64,000 nt of DNA from contig JANHCV010000003.1 of assembly GCA_025594325.1 (NCBI GenBank), positions 1,798,001 through 1,862,000 on the forward strand. The letters are read 5' to 3'. Position 1 is the stretch's first letter. Every line of letters begins with the position of its first letter. Shown here one piece after another: positions 1-12,700 of the stretch. A program made the translations under genes and the position numbers. The stretch comes from Blastocladiella emersonii ATCC 22665 (Eukaryota > Fungi > Blastocladiomycota). Below the pieces are notes generated by a model, which saw only the letters and a list, made by a program, of their open reading frames with translations, did not search any database and had not been told where the DNA came from.

Positions 1-940
1 CGCAGCAAAACGGCCGCGGCGGTCCAACCGGCCGCAGACCAACGGCGCCGCGACGCCCGCGCGCCGCAGTGGGCGGCCGGATATCATGGCGCCGCTCGTG
101 TCGTGGCTCGGCGAGGCGCGCAACGGGCTGTTGTGGAGCACGGCGCGCATGGGGTCGATCCGCAAGGTGATCGCGGAGCGCGCGCACACGGCGCTCGCAG
201 CCAAGGGCGTGTTCGGCGGCAGCCGCGTCACGGCGGCGCAGGTCAAGGAGACGCTCGAGCAGATGCTCGACGCGACTGAGCGCGGCGCCGCGTGGCTCAG
301 CGGGAACCCCGATCGGTACGTGTGGATCGCGAAGGCGTACGGTAGGGCGTTTCTGAACGGTACGGATTAGGTCCCGAAAATTTGGGGTGTGGGTGGCTAA
401 CGCGGCATCGGCGTAGCTAGCGGTCGTCGACTACCGGTGCCCGCACTTCCGCGCGCTGTTCCGCGCGTTCATGCTCGGTGACGAGGCCACGCTGCCGAAA
501 TTCATCACGCGGCCCGACGAGGTCAACGGTGACGATCTCCACGAGCTCGACGACGGCGCCTCGCAGCCGCTCGAGGACCCCGCGGCGGTGCCCGAGGCGA
601 CCGCGCCCGGGCAGGCGTACCCGCCGTCGTCCGAGGAGTACTATGTGGACAAGATCCTTGACTCGGTCGCCGCCGCGGACGCGGACCACCCGTTCCAGTA
701 CCACGTCTCGTGGTACGGGTACCCGCCGTCGCACAACCGCTGGAATTTCGGCGAGGACACGGTCCCGACGGCTGCCCTGGCCGTCGCCGAGTTCCACGCC
801 AAGCACCCGACCGCCCGCGGCCGACGGTCGCCGACGTGGCCGCGTGGGTCGACGCGCGCGAGGACGAGCTGATGCGCGCCAAGGTCGAAGCGGCTGCGGC
901 CGTGGCGGCGGCGAGCAAGGGCGGGAAGCGGTTTGCTTGA
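1..940 (+). CDS. Chromodomain protein, family paralog 1 (5' end probably outside the window; intron 360-420; apparent 1-nt frameshift near 814)
   Basis: The frame is open from base 2 to W..AYGRAFLN. A GTACGG..GCTAAC..CTAG intron follows at the same position and phase as in paralogs 2 and 3. Then AVVDYRCPHFRALF and the chromodomain EEYYVDKILDS..YHVSWYGY..NRW. The C-terminal helix PTVADVAAWVDARE lies in a shifted frame. Confidence 0.7.
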
Positions 941-1002
941 GTTGACAATAGAGTGTGCGTGATCTGTTCCAGCGTGTGTGATGGCGGCTCTGATCCGACT
1001 GG

Positions 1003-1116
1003 GGGGGCGGCGACGAGTCCGACGCGGCCATGAAAATCGCGGCTGAACCCAGGGCCAAACCCTCCGCGCCCGCCACGTGACCTTAACGCGTCTCTCACCG
1101 CATGTCTCGCACCGCG
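1003..1116. repeat. 114-bp inverted repeat, left copy (partner 2654-2767)
   Basis: Reverse complement of 2654-2767 with 2 mismatches by manual alignment. Confidence 0.9.
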
Positions 1117-1466
1117 ACGCGTCTGCCTCGCCGACCCAGCGGCGACTCCTGGCCGCGCAAAATTAATAAAGGGTAAACAAGGATGGGATCTATGAACTAA
1201 CTGGTGTAAAAATCTGAACAGACGCGCGCCGCGGCCACTGGTTGCGCTCGCCGTGTCCAAACTACTTGGGCTAGCTACGTCACCGCTTTGCTCGTCGCGC
1301 ACTCTCCCCCGAAGCGGTCGCCCCAGTCGTTCATGACCCCGCGGCACAGATCGCGCAGCTCGCGCATATCATAGACGAGGCCGCGGTGTTAGAGTCAGCT
1401 GGCTTCGCGCAGTCGGTTCTCTCGCTCAACCTTCCTGAACACGCGCGTGCACCGCGAGCGGGATCG

Positions 1467-2312
1467 TTTACGCAGACGGATCGCACCACGCCGCAGTCCT
1501 CAGGCGCCGGACGCGGCCGCGGGCGCAGGCGTTTTCGTGAGTGGGTCACCAGAGCTCGCTGTTGCGTTCCTGGCGGAAACTCCTTGAACCTCCGTTCCGA
1601 GCTGTGGGGAGCACCCGCCGCCGCTGCTTCCACTCGCCACAACGCCAAGCTCGCCTTCACGTAAGGATACTCTCACTTTATCTGAGGGTGCGGGTCCGCG
1701 CAACGTGCTCGCTCGAGTCGGCCATGCTTCGCTGGATCATCGTGGCCCGCGAGCTCCAAGTGAACTTCGAGTGGGTTCGCGGCCACGCGGGGAACTCGGG
1801 CAACGAGGAGGCCGACGCGCTGTTCAACGAGGGCGCCGCCATGCATCTGCCACTGGGAGTCGCGGCCGCCGTCCCCGCGGAGCTGGACACGTGCTTCAAG
1901 GTGCGCTGGCGGGGCTGCAATTTTAATCAAGATGGGCCCGCGACGCGCTCTCCGCCGCCTACACGGTGCGCAACGCGGCTCGCTGCTCGCTCTGACCGCG
2001 ACCGCAACCACTAATATCGCGCCCGCATCCATCAACGTTCCAGTCCTCACCACCGCACTTCGAGGCGGCCCGCGCCGCACCCGCCGAAGCGAGTCTCGCG
2101 CTGAAAGCTCGCTCCCGGGCTTCCAGCGCCGCGGGTTCCTCAACCCGAACCGCACCGAGTGCACCGCGGCCGTCGTGGACAAACCGCTTGTCGCGTGGTT
2201 CAAGCATGTGTTTGGTTACCTGCGCGAGCTCATCGACCCACGTCTCGCGCTCCCCGCTGACACGGCCATCGCCTCGAGCGCCGTTCCGGAGCACGTGTGG
2301 CTCTCGCGCTGA
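1467..2312 (+). pseudogene. Degenerate RNase H region of a non-LTR retrotransposon-type pol
   Basis: VNFEWVRGHAGNSGNEEADAL (about 1760-1822) is the RNase HI C-terminal motif. Upstream NSLNLRSELWG resembles the N-x-x-RAEL motif. It is interrupted by a stop and frameshifts, and no RT domain is present. Confidence 0.7.
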
Positions 2313-2653
2313 ACAGCGTCAAAGCCGCGCGCTGATCCAAGGTGCCCTCCGCTGCCACCAGGCGCGAGGGACCATCTGCCCCGCCCTCCCTTTCTGTACA
2401 CGCATCACAGAGCATCAGGCTACGCGCCGTACTGCCTCGCGTCGATCTTTCACCCGGTTGACGAGCACTGCCGCAGCAGCGAAGCGCAGGCCCGCTCAAC
2501 GTGAGCCTGGCTGCCGTTTGAACATGAGTTCTCTTCCACGGCGCGAGCGCCTTGCGTTGCGCGGGCTTGAACCCTCAATTGGAAAATAGCCGCGAAGTGT
2601 TGAGGTGTCTCAATGTTGATAAATTTATTTGCTCCGATCCCTCCTGTGGAACG

Positions 2654-2767
2654 CGCGGTGCGAGACATGCGGTGAGAGACGCGTTAAGGTCACGTGGCGG
2701 GCGCGGAGGGTTTGGCCCTGGGTTCAGCCGCGATTTTCATGGCCACGTCGGACTCGTCGCCTCCCCC
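2654..2767. repeat. 114-bp inverted repeat, right copy
   Basis: See 1003-1116. Confidence 0.9.
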
Positions 2768-3001
2768 TGCCTCCCGGGCGGATAAAGCAAGCTTACCGGA
2801 TTCTGCAAAGGCCGGGGAATCCCCAACACACGCCCGCGTGACGCGACCCGCGCGACCCGGGAAAACGCGAAGCCGGCGGGATCCGTCTTGGTCTGCTTCG
2901 CCACGCGCCGCGGCGGCGACGCCCTCTCTCTCCCCTCTCATCCCCGCTGACTGCAACGAATCAACCACGACGACTGGAGCGAGCGAGCAGGAGCGCCGGT
3001 C

Positions 3002-4846
3002 ATGACGACGAGCACCAACCACCACCCGCACCACTACGCGACGGCCGCCGTCAACGCGGCGGGCCCGTCGGCGCCGTTCGTGCCGCGGCTCGAGGACTAC
3101 GACATCTCGCCCATCACGGGCTTCATCCCCGAGGCGCCGCCGCTCACGCGCCTGCCGGGCACCACGCACGAACCGTGGGAGCGCATCGTCGACCGCCTGC
3201 AGGGCCTGCTGCTCATGGACCGCCTGCGCGCCGAGGTCGACGCCCTGCCCGTGCTGCCGACGGCTGAGTTTGGCGACGACGTGCGCGCGTGGCGTCGCGC
3301 CGCCCTCGTCCTGGCCCTGCTCGCGTCCGCCTACGTGTGGGGCCGCCACCGCACCGTCGGGCCCGGTGGGGCGGCGTCGGGCGCGTCCTCGGTGCCGACC
3401 GACGAGCGCGATATCGAGGAGAACCCGGTCCTGCGCGTGCTCCCCGCCGCGATCGCCGTGCCCTTCGCTGCGGCGGCGGCGTACCTCGGGATCCGGCCCA
3501 TCGTGTGCTACGCGTGCGTCGACCTGTGGAACTGGCAGCTGCTCGACCCCACCGGGCCCGTCACCCTCAGCAACCTCGCCACGCTGCACACCTTCTCGGG
3601 CACCATGGACGAGGCATGGTTCTACCTGATCCCCGTCAGCATCGAGGCCGAGGGCGCGCCCGCCCTGCCCGCCATGGTGCGCGGGTGGCAGGCCGTGGTT
3701 GACGCCGACCCAGACGCGCTCGCGCTCGAGCTCGAGGCCATGCCGCCGCTCATGGAGCGCATGACCAAGGTCCTCCGCGCCATGCACGCGCGGTGCGACC
3801 CGCACCTCTTCTACCACCAGGTCCGCCCGTACGTCGCTGGGTGGGCCCTCGCCGACGGCGGCGTGACCTACGACGGCGTCGACGCGCGCCGCGTCCCGCG
3901 CTCCTGGTTCGAGGCCCACGGCGCGCCCTCGCTCCCGCCGCCGCTGTCCCCGACGCTCGCGCCGTCATCGGGTTCCGCGTCGGCCAAGCCCGCGCCGCCT
4001 GCTACCTTCTACTTTGCCGGCGGGTCCGCCGCGCAGTCGTCCATGATCCAGGCGTGGGACGTGTTCCTCGGCATCACGCACCACCCGACGGGTCGCGGGC
4101 CCGCCGCCGTCCCGACCCAGACTCCAAACGCGCCCGACCCTGCCGCCCCGGCGCCGACCAACTTTTTGACCGAGATGCGCGAGTACATGCCGCGCCCGCA
4201 CCGCGCGTTCCTCCAGGACTGCGAGGCGCGCGCGCCAAAGGTCCGCGAATTCGTACGCCGCCACGCTGACTCGCACCCGCGCCTCGCCGCCGCCTACGAC
4301 GCGGTCGTCGGCGCCGTCAAGCGGTTCCGCGACGCGCACCTCCAGATGGTCGCGCGGTACATTCTCCTGCAGGCCAAGAAGTCGGCGCCCGCTCCCGCGC
4401 CAGCGAAGCGGCCCGCCTCCGCGGCTGTCGCCAACGGCGGCGACGACGACCCGATGCACGAGCCCATCTCCGCGAAACGCCTGCGGCTCGACCTCGAGAC
4501 GGCCGTCGGCGCCGACGCGGCCGCCATCACGGCGCCCCCGCGCCCGACCCGGTCCATGTCGACGACCGCCACCATGGCGGCGCCCGACGCGGCGGCCGCT
4601 GCGGCTTCCGTCGCGGCGCGCCGCCCGCGCACGCCGTCGCCCGACGCCAAGTTCACGCGGTCCACGCTCACCGATACCAACGGCGCGGCCGACCCCGAGC
4701 ACGGCGGCGTCCGCGGGACTGGAGGGACTCAGCTCATGCCGTTCCTCAAGCAGGCGCGCGACGAGACGCGCATGGCGGCGGTTGGGATGCCGACTGCGGG
4801 CGGCAGCAGTGGTGGTGGTGTGCAGGATGGGAAGGCGCGCAAGTAG
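3002..4846 (+). CDS. BNA2: Indoleamine 2,3-dioxygenase (BNA2-like)
   Basis: Motifs TGFIP, YVWG, DEAWFYLI, CDP..FYHQVRPY, AGGSAAQSS, EMREYMPRPHR, RDAHLQMVARYI and RGTGGT.LMPFLKQ.RDET. Confidence 0.93.
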   Translation: MTTSTNHHPHHYATAAVNAAGPSAPFVPRLEDYDISPITGFIPEAPPLTRLPGTTHEPWERIVDRLQGLLLMDRLRAEVDALPVLPTAEFGDDVRAWRRAALVLALLASAYVWGRHRTVGPGGAASGASSVPTDERDIEENPVLRVLPAAIAVPFAAAAAYLGIRPIVCYACVDLWNWQLLDPTGPVTLSNLATLHTFSGTMDEAWFYLIPVSIEAEGAPALPAMVRGWQAVVDADPDALALELEAMPPLMERMTKVLRAMHARCDPHLFYHQVRPYVAGWALADGGVTYDGVDARRVPRSWFEAHGAPSLPPPLSPTLAPSSGSASAKPAPPATFYFAGGSAAQSSMIQAWDVFLGITHHPTGRGPAAVPTQTPNAPDPAAPAPTNFLTEMREYMPRPHRAFLQDCEARAPKVREFVRRHADSHPRLAAAYDAVVGAVKRFRDAHLQMVARYILLQAKKSAPAPAPAKRPASAAVANGGDDDPMHEPISAKRLRLDLETAVGADAAAITAPPRPTRSMSTTATMAAPDAAAAAASVAARRPRTPSPDAKFTRSTLTDTNGAADPEHGGVRGTGGTQLMPFLKQARDETRMAAVGMPTAGGSSGGGVQDGKARK

Positions 4847-5375
4847 AACTTGGAGGTCGGGATGGGGGGCTGGTGGTCGCGAGGATGTATAAATACGCAG
4901 TATCGCACTCTCTTTTATCGTTGCGAATCATCACGAGCGGCTTTAATTGTCGCCATCGTCCACATGAGGGACTGCACCTTCTTGTCGACGCGTCGCGAAA
5001 CCAGCCAGAAAGCGCGAGACACTCGCGCACGTGACCGATGAGACACGCGTGACGCGTCGCGCGGGCCGCTGATCCCGCTCGCTCCCGCGCGTGACGGCGC
5101 GCTTTGCCGACCTCCCGCTCCTAGATTGCGACGCATAGCGCACCTGCGCAACCTTGATACTCTATGCAACGCACTATACACCTGCAGCGCTTTCATGTGG
5201 CGGCGCGAGCCATCGCGGACACTTGCGAGTTGATTGCCTTGAGTAAGCTCGAGGGTGCAGCCGGCGCTGTGTGACACCGGCTTCGTCAACACTCGCACAA
5301 ATCTTGACACAGCTCCGTTACGTTGAGCGAGGACTTGCTCGGCTCCGCCGCTTCGTGAGCAGTCACTTGCCAGGC

Positions 5376-6078
5376 ATGTCGCTGTACCACATCTTCGCCG
5401 AGGAGCGGGTCGACCGCCTCACATTGTACGAGCAATTCAACAATGTGCACGAGGAGTACCACGCTGCCGCCAACGCCAAGCTCGAGGTGATTCTCTTCAA
5501 GTGCGGCCGGCTCACTATTCTGGACCATCTCCTCCGTAATCCGCGAAAGTGTATGTCACACCAGTCCTTCACCATTGCCGCAAATAAGTTCAATTGCACA
5601 GACATCCTGGTCATGTGGTTGCGCGTCATCTGTCCCGAGTGCGTGCACTCGGAGCACCGTCGACCTGCCTCGGTTACGCGCCGCGGCCTTGGTTCAACGT
5701 CCTGAGGGTGTCGCTTTCATCGCCAACATGTGCAGCGGCGAGGGTCATCTCGCTGTCTTGAAATGGTGGCACCTGCACTTTCCCGACTACTTTCACTATA
5801 CGCATTCGGCGCTCAACTGGGCAAGTGCATCCGGTCGGGCCGAGGTCGTGCGGTGGTGGCTGTACGAGTCAGAGCTGCCGCTCAAGTACACGGAACGCGC
5901 AGTCAACGACGCGACTCGATTCGGTCACGTTGAAGTTCTCGAGCTGTGGTTTGCGTCGCGGCATCCGATTAAGTACACGAACCATGCGTTCAAAACTACG
6001 TTTGGCTATTGCAGCAGCGCAAAGTTGGAGAAGGTCAAGGAGTGTTGGGCCCGGCACGGACAGGAGTTCAGAGTCTGA
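5376..6078 (+). CDS. Ankyrin-repeat protein of an expanded fungal type; frameshifted near 5640-5655
   Basis: Repeats GHLAVLKWW, ALNWASASGRAEVVRWW and AVNDATRFGHVEVLELW; the N-terminal part is in a different frame. Confidence 0.6.
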
Positions 6079-6164
6079 GTATACCAGTTGTTTTCACACG
6101 GTCGAGATTTGCAAACGCGAGGTATCCATCTATAACGACAAAAGTACGGCAAACCGCAAACAAA

Positions 6165-7342
6165 CTACTTCTTTCCGGGCGACGGTGGCCGCACCTCGAC
6201 CTGGATCGTCTTCATCATGTTGGCCGCGGCGTTGTTGCCGAGCGGCATGAAGATGACCTTGCGCTCAGCGCCGGACGCCATGGCCTTGAGCGTGTCGAGG
6301 TACCGGATCTGCATGGCGGCGCTGCTGTTGAGCACGTCGGCGGCAACACGCAGCAGCTTGGACGCGGCGACGTCGGCCTCGGCGGCGATCAGACGCGATT
6401 CGCCGGCGCGTTTCTGCTTGGCGGCCGCGGCGAGCGACTCGAGGAGCGACGGGTCAATCTTGATGTCCTTGATGAGCACGTGCTCCATGCGCAGGCCCAT
6501 GGCGTGCGCGGGCTCGGCGAGGACCGCCTCAATGTCGTTGGCAATCGACTCGCGCAGCTCGATGCACTCCTGCAGCGTGCGCGTGCCGAAGATGCCGCGC
6601 AGCGTCGTCTGCGTGCGCTCGACGAGCGCGGCCTGGACGTTGGCCACGAGGAACGTCGCCACGTACGGGTCCGCGATGCGGTAGTAGAGCGTTGAGTCAA
6701 TGTGCAGGTTCACGTTGTCCTTGGTCAGCACGGCCTGTGGCGGGATCGGGACGACCTGCATCCGGATGTCGACTACACGGCGGTGCATGGTCAGTTATTT
6801 TCGAGTCGGGACGTGACTCGCGAAACGTACCGCTCCGAAGCACGTCCGTGACGGGGTTGATCTGGTGCAGCCCCGGATCGACCATCTTGATACACTTGCC
6901 GTAGCGTGAGATGAGCCCGACCGAGGCCTCGTCGATGATGCGGTACGGCGTCGGGCAGAGCTACACATTGGGTGCGTGAGCAACCGGGTGCCGAAAAGTG
7001 CGAACGGAAGTCCTACGAAGCAGCACGGGATCGAGCCGAAGAAGCCGATCACGTCGCCCATGATCTTGGTGACGCCCTCGTAGAAGCCGTGGTTCGTCTC
7101 GGAAACTACGAGCGGGCGCAGAGTGAGTGAACCAGGCGTATCTGAGCAACGGCGCTCTCACGCGTACCCGCAATGTCCGCGGCATACTTTTGCTGGCGCA
7201 GCGGCTACAAGGAGCGAGTTAGTGCTGTGGGCTCCCTGTGATGGCTCAGCGAACCTGCATGTACCGCGCGGACTTCCTCGGCAGGCTCGACGTGTGCGGG
7301 GACGGCGCCCGCGGCAGGATGCATGGTTGCTGCGTTGCTCAT
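6165..7342 (-). CDS. Stomatin / SPFH (band 7) family protein, multi-exon
   Basis: IGFFGSIPCC, VDPGLHQINP, VLTKDNV..HIDS.LYYRI.DPY, ERTQTTLR, AMQIRYLDTL; several GT-AG introns with CTAAC-like branch points. Confidence 0.92.
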
Positions 7343-7532
7343 GGTGTCCGTGATTCAGTGCACTTGGTCGTACGGGGAGAGCAGGAGGAAGCGTCGAAAC
7401 TTCCGTCGCCGATGCCCCGGCTCGTCGACGCGTCGCGCGCCGCGCCGCAACGCGTGATGTGAGACGTCACGTGTAGGCGTGAGAGACATTTTTCGGCCCA
7501 CCCCGGCTGGCGACGATCCTCCGCAGCCCAAC

Positions 7533-8748
7533 ATGAATCTCATGGACGAGGTATACCGCCACTTGACGCAACTCCACGCCGAGGCCGCGCGGTGGCTGTC
7601 GCAGGGCCTCGCGCGTGCCGGAACGCCCGTCGACGACGAGTCCGCGATGCGGCTCACGGCGCTCGGCGCACTCGGCGCCGTCGCCACCATCGCTTTGATC
7701 CTCGTGTACTCGGTGCTCTGCTCGCTCCACGTGTGGTGGCGACAAGACCGCGTCCCAGGCCTCGCGTGGGCGCGCCCGTCGCTCGCAACACCCGCTGGGT
7801 GGCGTCCCGCGTCTGACGAGGCGGGGTTCAACTGCTCGCTCGTGTCAAAGCGCGACGAGCCTGTCCTGTTCGTCACGGCGCACCCGGATGACGAGTGCAT
7901 GTTCTTCGGCCCCGCGATCCTCGCGCTCGAGGGCGCGGGCGTGCCCGTCCACCTGCTGTGCCTGTCGAGCGGGAACGCGGACGGGCTCGGCGCGGTCCGC
8001 GCCAAGGAGCTGGTCGCGGCGGCGGGGATGCTCAAGGTGCCTGCGGAGCGGGTGCACCTCGTGGACGCGCCGTGCGTTTTGGGGGGAGATTGAGGTCCGT
8101 TCAGCCATTGACGCTCGCCGGCGTGTAGCGAGCTTCCCGACGGGATGCGCGCCGAGTGGAAGCCGGTCGATGTGCTGGGCCACATCCACCGCGTGGTGCG
8201 CAAGGTGCGCGCAACGCGTATCGTCACGTTCGACGACGGCGGCGTGTCGGGGCACCCGAACCATGTGGCGATTTCGCGCGCGCTCAAGTACGAGACCCAA
8301 TTGCTCCCGCCCTCATGTTGCTCACTCGCTCGAGCCGGGTAGGGAGGACAAAGACCTCGGCCCGGTAACGTGGCGTCTGCACTCAGTCCCGCTGCTCGCC
8401 AAGTACATCCCACGGTCATGGTCCGGCGACGGGCACCGGACGCTGACGGTCGCGGGCGGCCTACCGAGCGGCATGTCCAAGGGCGCGACGCTGACGGTGA
8501 GCGGCACCGCCGCGGGCAGCAAGCGGACCAAGATCGTGTGGCGCGCCGTGAGCCGTCCCGCACAAATCTTGCGTGCGCAGATGGCCATGTCGCGGCACGT
8601 GTCGCAGCTGACGTGGTTCCGGCACCTGTACGTCCGGTTCTCGCGGTACATGGTGGTCAACGAGCTGGTGCGCGACGGCGACATGGACCGCGCCGCGGTG
8701 CAGGCGGCGTACCGCGCGCGCGTGGTAAGGGGCGAGGCGAGCGAGTAG
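7533..8748 (+). CDS. GPI12: N-acetylglucosaminyl-phosphatidylinositol de-N-acetylase (PIG-L/GPI12), with introns
   Basis: VTAHPDDECMFFGP, LCLSSGNADGLG..R.KEL, IVTFDDGGVSGHPNH, HVSQLTWFRHLYVRFSRY. Confidence 0.92.
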
Positions 8749-8782
8749 GCGCAGGAGCGATCAATGTATGTGAAGTTCAAGT

Positions 8783-9419
8783 CTACGACGATGACTTTGC
8801 CCGCAGACGCGCAAGCAGGGCGGCGTGCAGGGCCGGGCTGAGCTGCATGATGCCGGCGCCCGAGACGAGGCGGTGCGCGGGCATGGGCTCGAACGAGCCC
8901 GGCACGATCTTGCCGTCGTCGAGGCGCACCGAGCCGACAATGTCGTCGGGGTCGGGGATGCTATCGGGTAAGCGTTAGCACGACCTCGAAGCAAATTCAC
9001 GAGTTGTCAGCGTACCGGCCCCACGGCGGCGGGTTACGCGCGTCGGCGACGTGCATGAACCCGATCTTCTGGTGCTCGGCGAGGGCAACGAGCTCGGGGT
9101 CCTCGTGGGCGTGGTCCTTGAGCGCGGCGTGCAGCTCGCGCAGGAACGTCGGGTTGGCCGTGAAGGAGCGCGGGGTCACGGCCTGGGCCGCCGTCGACCA
9201 GCCGATCACGGCGGGCGAGTCGGCGGCGCGCGGGGTGCCGGGCAGGAACGAGACCGTGTAGGCGCCCGGGCGGTCGGGCGACGGCTCGAAGAAGAGCGGC
9301 GGGCCCGACGGCGCGGCCTCGTCGGCGGCGGCGGCGCGATGGACGCGCGTCGTGTGCAGCAGCGCGCGCGAGGCGAGGCCGGAGGCGCGGGTGGCGAAGG
9401 GGCGGGCTCTTGCCAGCAT
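8783..9419 (-). CDS. Uncharacterised protein with a mitochondrial-type presequence, one intron
   Basis: MLARARPFATRAS.. N-terminus, then GFMHVADARNPPPWGR, an intron, and IPDPDDIVGSVRL..GSFEPMPAHRLV. Confidence 0.65.
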
Positions 9420-9704
9420 GGTGGATGGGTTCATTCGATTCGTTGCGTGGTGCGAAGGGAGAGAGCGGCGATCCAAACGAGCGCGGAGAGGCGAGATCAG
9501 CCAGCGAGGCGATCGCGTTCCCTTCCCGAAACAGAGTCCCTCGCCCCACGTGTGGCGGCGTGCGGATGAGCGTTAGGCGAGAGGGCGCGTCGCGGCGCCT
9601 TCGCTCCCTCCGCCCCCCTCAGCGACGGGCACGGTCCGCACCACGAAGCTCACGGAACTTGCTGCACTGCGCTCTGCCCGCCTCAACTCGCTGCGCGCCG
9701 CCCC

Positions 9705-12700
9705 ATGTCGCAGCGCGTGCACTACGGCCTCTCGCGCGCCGCGTGCGTCTCCGTGTTCCACCACCATGCCTCGGCCAAGTCCTACGTCGTACGGTTCATC
9801 TTGGGATACTAATGGGTCGCGCTCTCAGATGCTCACCGTCCCGTGCGGTCTAGGCCTTTGCGACGTCGGACGCCGTCCAAGTGTTCGACCTGACCCCGGC
9901 GTTCGCGCACGTCCAGACCCTGACGCTGCCGCCGTCGCTCGAGTCGTATGCCGCCTCGGGTCCGCCCACCATGACCGCGCTTGCGGGCGAGCCCGGCACC
10001 GGCCGCATCGCCGTCGCCTTCAGCAACGCGCGCCTCGTCATCTACGCCATCCCGCCGCCGCCGTCCTACATGAACGCCGCGCTCGCCGATACTCCCGTGT
10101 CCTGGTCCGTGACCCACGAGCTGCAGCAACGCGAGCCGCCGACCGCCATTGCGTGGACGCCCGCCGCGGACGGGCTCGTCGTCGGCAGCCGAACGCGCCT
10201 CGATGTCCTTCCGGGACCCGACTTTCGCTCGGCCGCGTGGGGCGTCAAGTGCGCCGCGCCCGTCGAGCTCGTTGCCGTCTCGCCCGACGGCAAGTGTCTC
10301 GCGACCGCCGCGAGAGACGACCGCGTCGTCAAGGTGTGGACGTGCGCCGACGACTCGCTCATCGCCCACGCCAAGCTGCGCCGCCACTCGTTCTACTACC
10401 TCCCGCACCCGCGCGCCGTCACCGCCATGTCGTGGCAGGGGTACCGTTTCGCTTCGTTTTCTCGCGCCGCAATCGCGTTCTCACGGTCGCGAACAACCGG
10501 TAGATCCAAGGACCTGCAGACCCTCCTCACCACGGCGCGCGACGGCGTCGCCCGCGTCTGGTCCTTTTCCGCCTCGCTCAAGGCCTTCCACCTCAAGGCC
10601 GCCATCGACCCGCGCACCGTGCACGTGTGCCCCGGCCAGGACGTGTCCTCGTTCGCCTGGCTCGGCGTCGACCGCATCGCCCCGCGGCCCGCGGCCCCCG
10701 TATTCCTCGCCAACCAGTCGACCGCTTCCACCAAAACCGCGCTCGCGACCGACCCGCAACTCGCCGACCTCGTGCACCAGTACGACGACCTGGTCCTGTC
10801 GGGCCAGCCCGACGGCACCGTGCTCGTGTGGGGCATCGCCAACCTGCTGCGCCACGCCGGCGAGACCCGCGTGCACCTCGTCAAGATCGTCCCCGGCGCC
10901 GTGCGCAAGTCCGACGCCGCCGCGTTTCGCAACCTCCAGATCGCCCAGTTCGCCTTCGACGCCTCGCCCGAGCACCTCCTCATGCTCGGCACCCCCGACG
11001 AGGGCGGCCAGCTCGCGTGCTTTGCCGCGAACGCCGGGTCCGTCATCTACCGCCCCAACACCAAGATCTCGCTCGTCCGCGCGTGGTCCGGGCATACCCG
11101 CATGGCGCCCACCCCGCGCGTCTACTCGGTCGGCCTCGCCGCGCGACAGCTCGTCACCCAGGTCGACGGCGAGGTGCTCGTCTGGGACCCCGCCAAGTGC
11201 CGCATCGGGATCCGCCAGCTCAACGGGCTCCCGCTCGCGCGCCGAATCGCGCTGCCAGCGCCGCCGCGGTGGTTCTTCCCGACGCCCGCGGGCGATGTCG
11301 TCGTCTTTGATGAACGCGTCGAGTGCGCTGGTCATTCGGCATCGCTGCTCGCTCCTGCGATCGCAGCGGTAGCGTGTTCCGCAGCGGGCGAGTCGGGCGA
11401 CCGGCTCAGCGTCGCGACCGCCGACAGCCTCACCGTGTACGCGCTCCCGTCGCTCGACGTCGTGGCCGAGGCGACGAGCCGGTGCGACCTCGCCACCTTT
11501 GTCGACTGGGCCGAGGGCGTCTACCCGTCGCCGCCGTTCCACCTCGTGCAGCTGCGCAGGTCCACCGTCACGCTCATCGACGCGGCCGGCCGCACGGTGC
11601 ACAGCGAGGACATCTCCGTCCCGCTGACCGCCGACGGCGCGCAGGTCCTGCAGCTCTCGGCCGCAAACCACACGCTCGCGATCCGCACGTCCGCCGCCGT
11701 GCACCTCTTCTCGTTTGCGCTCCTGCACCACGCCGTGACCCACGAGCACACGCTCCCCGCCACCGCATCCTCGGCCGCCTTGTTCCCGCTTCCGACGGGC
11801 GCCGGCGCCGTCCTCGCCACCGCGCGCGACCACGTCGTCGCCGTGTACGCGCACCAGCCCGCATCGAACGCGCTCGACCTCGCGGCCGCGGGGACCTGGG
11901 CCGAGCTCGCGCCCGCACATGCGCTCGACGGGTTCGTGGACGCGGTTGCGTGGTCGGCGCAGGGCGACGTCGTGGCTATGGTCGGCAACCGGCTCGTGGC
12001 CCTCGACCCGGTCCCGACCTTCGTCGAGCGCGCCCTCGACGCCCACGTCGCGCCCGCCGACGCCGCGTGCGTCATGCGCGAGTGGCTCCAGTGGAACCGG
12101 CCCGACGCCGTGCGCCGGATCCTCAACCACAAGTACTACGCCGTCAAGCACGGCGAGGCTACCGCGCCGCATGTCCCGTGGTCCGCGATCGAGGCGTGTG
12201 CGCTCGGCGGGGCCAAGGGCGCTGATGGTGCGGGTGGCGGTGGTGCGGCGTCGCTCGGCGACGAGCTCGACGCGCTATTTGCTGCTGGCGGCGAGTCGGA
12301 CGGCGCGGGCGACATGGACCTGATCGACACCAAGACGTTCAACTCGGAAAAGGCCAAGGCGCTGCGCGAGTGGCTGGTCGCGCACGGCACCGAGCGCGAC
12401 AAGTACACGATCGCGATCCTCGACGCCGTCAGCGAGCCCGAGTCGGCGTCCATGGGCGAGAACGGGCAGCGGTTCCGGTGGGACCTGCTCCTGTACGTGC
12501 ACTGCACGCGGCTCGGGTTACCCGCGGCGCCGCTGCCCGCCGAGTCGGTCGCGTTCGCCTTCTTCTCGGACGAACAGCCGGCCCTCGTCGAGTACATTGC
12601 CGGCGCGTGCACGCTGACGTGGGACGACGCGGCCAAGCTCGGCGCCGGGTGGTGGGTCACGCACCCAGATGCGCTGCGCACGCTGGCCGAGGTGATCGCC

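Noticed and set aside
1003-2767. DIRS-type retroelement with inverted termini
   Set aside because: No tyrosine recombinase, RT or gag, and the RNase H is of the non-LTR/cellular type
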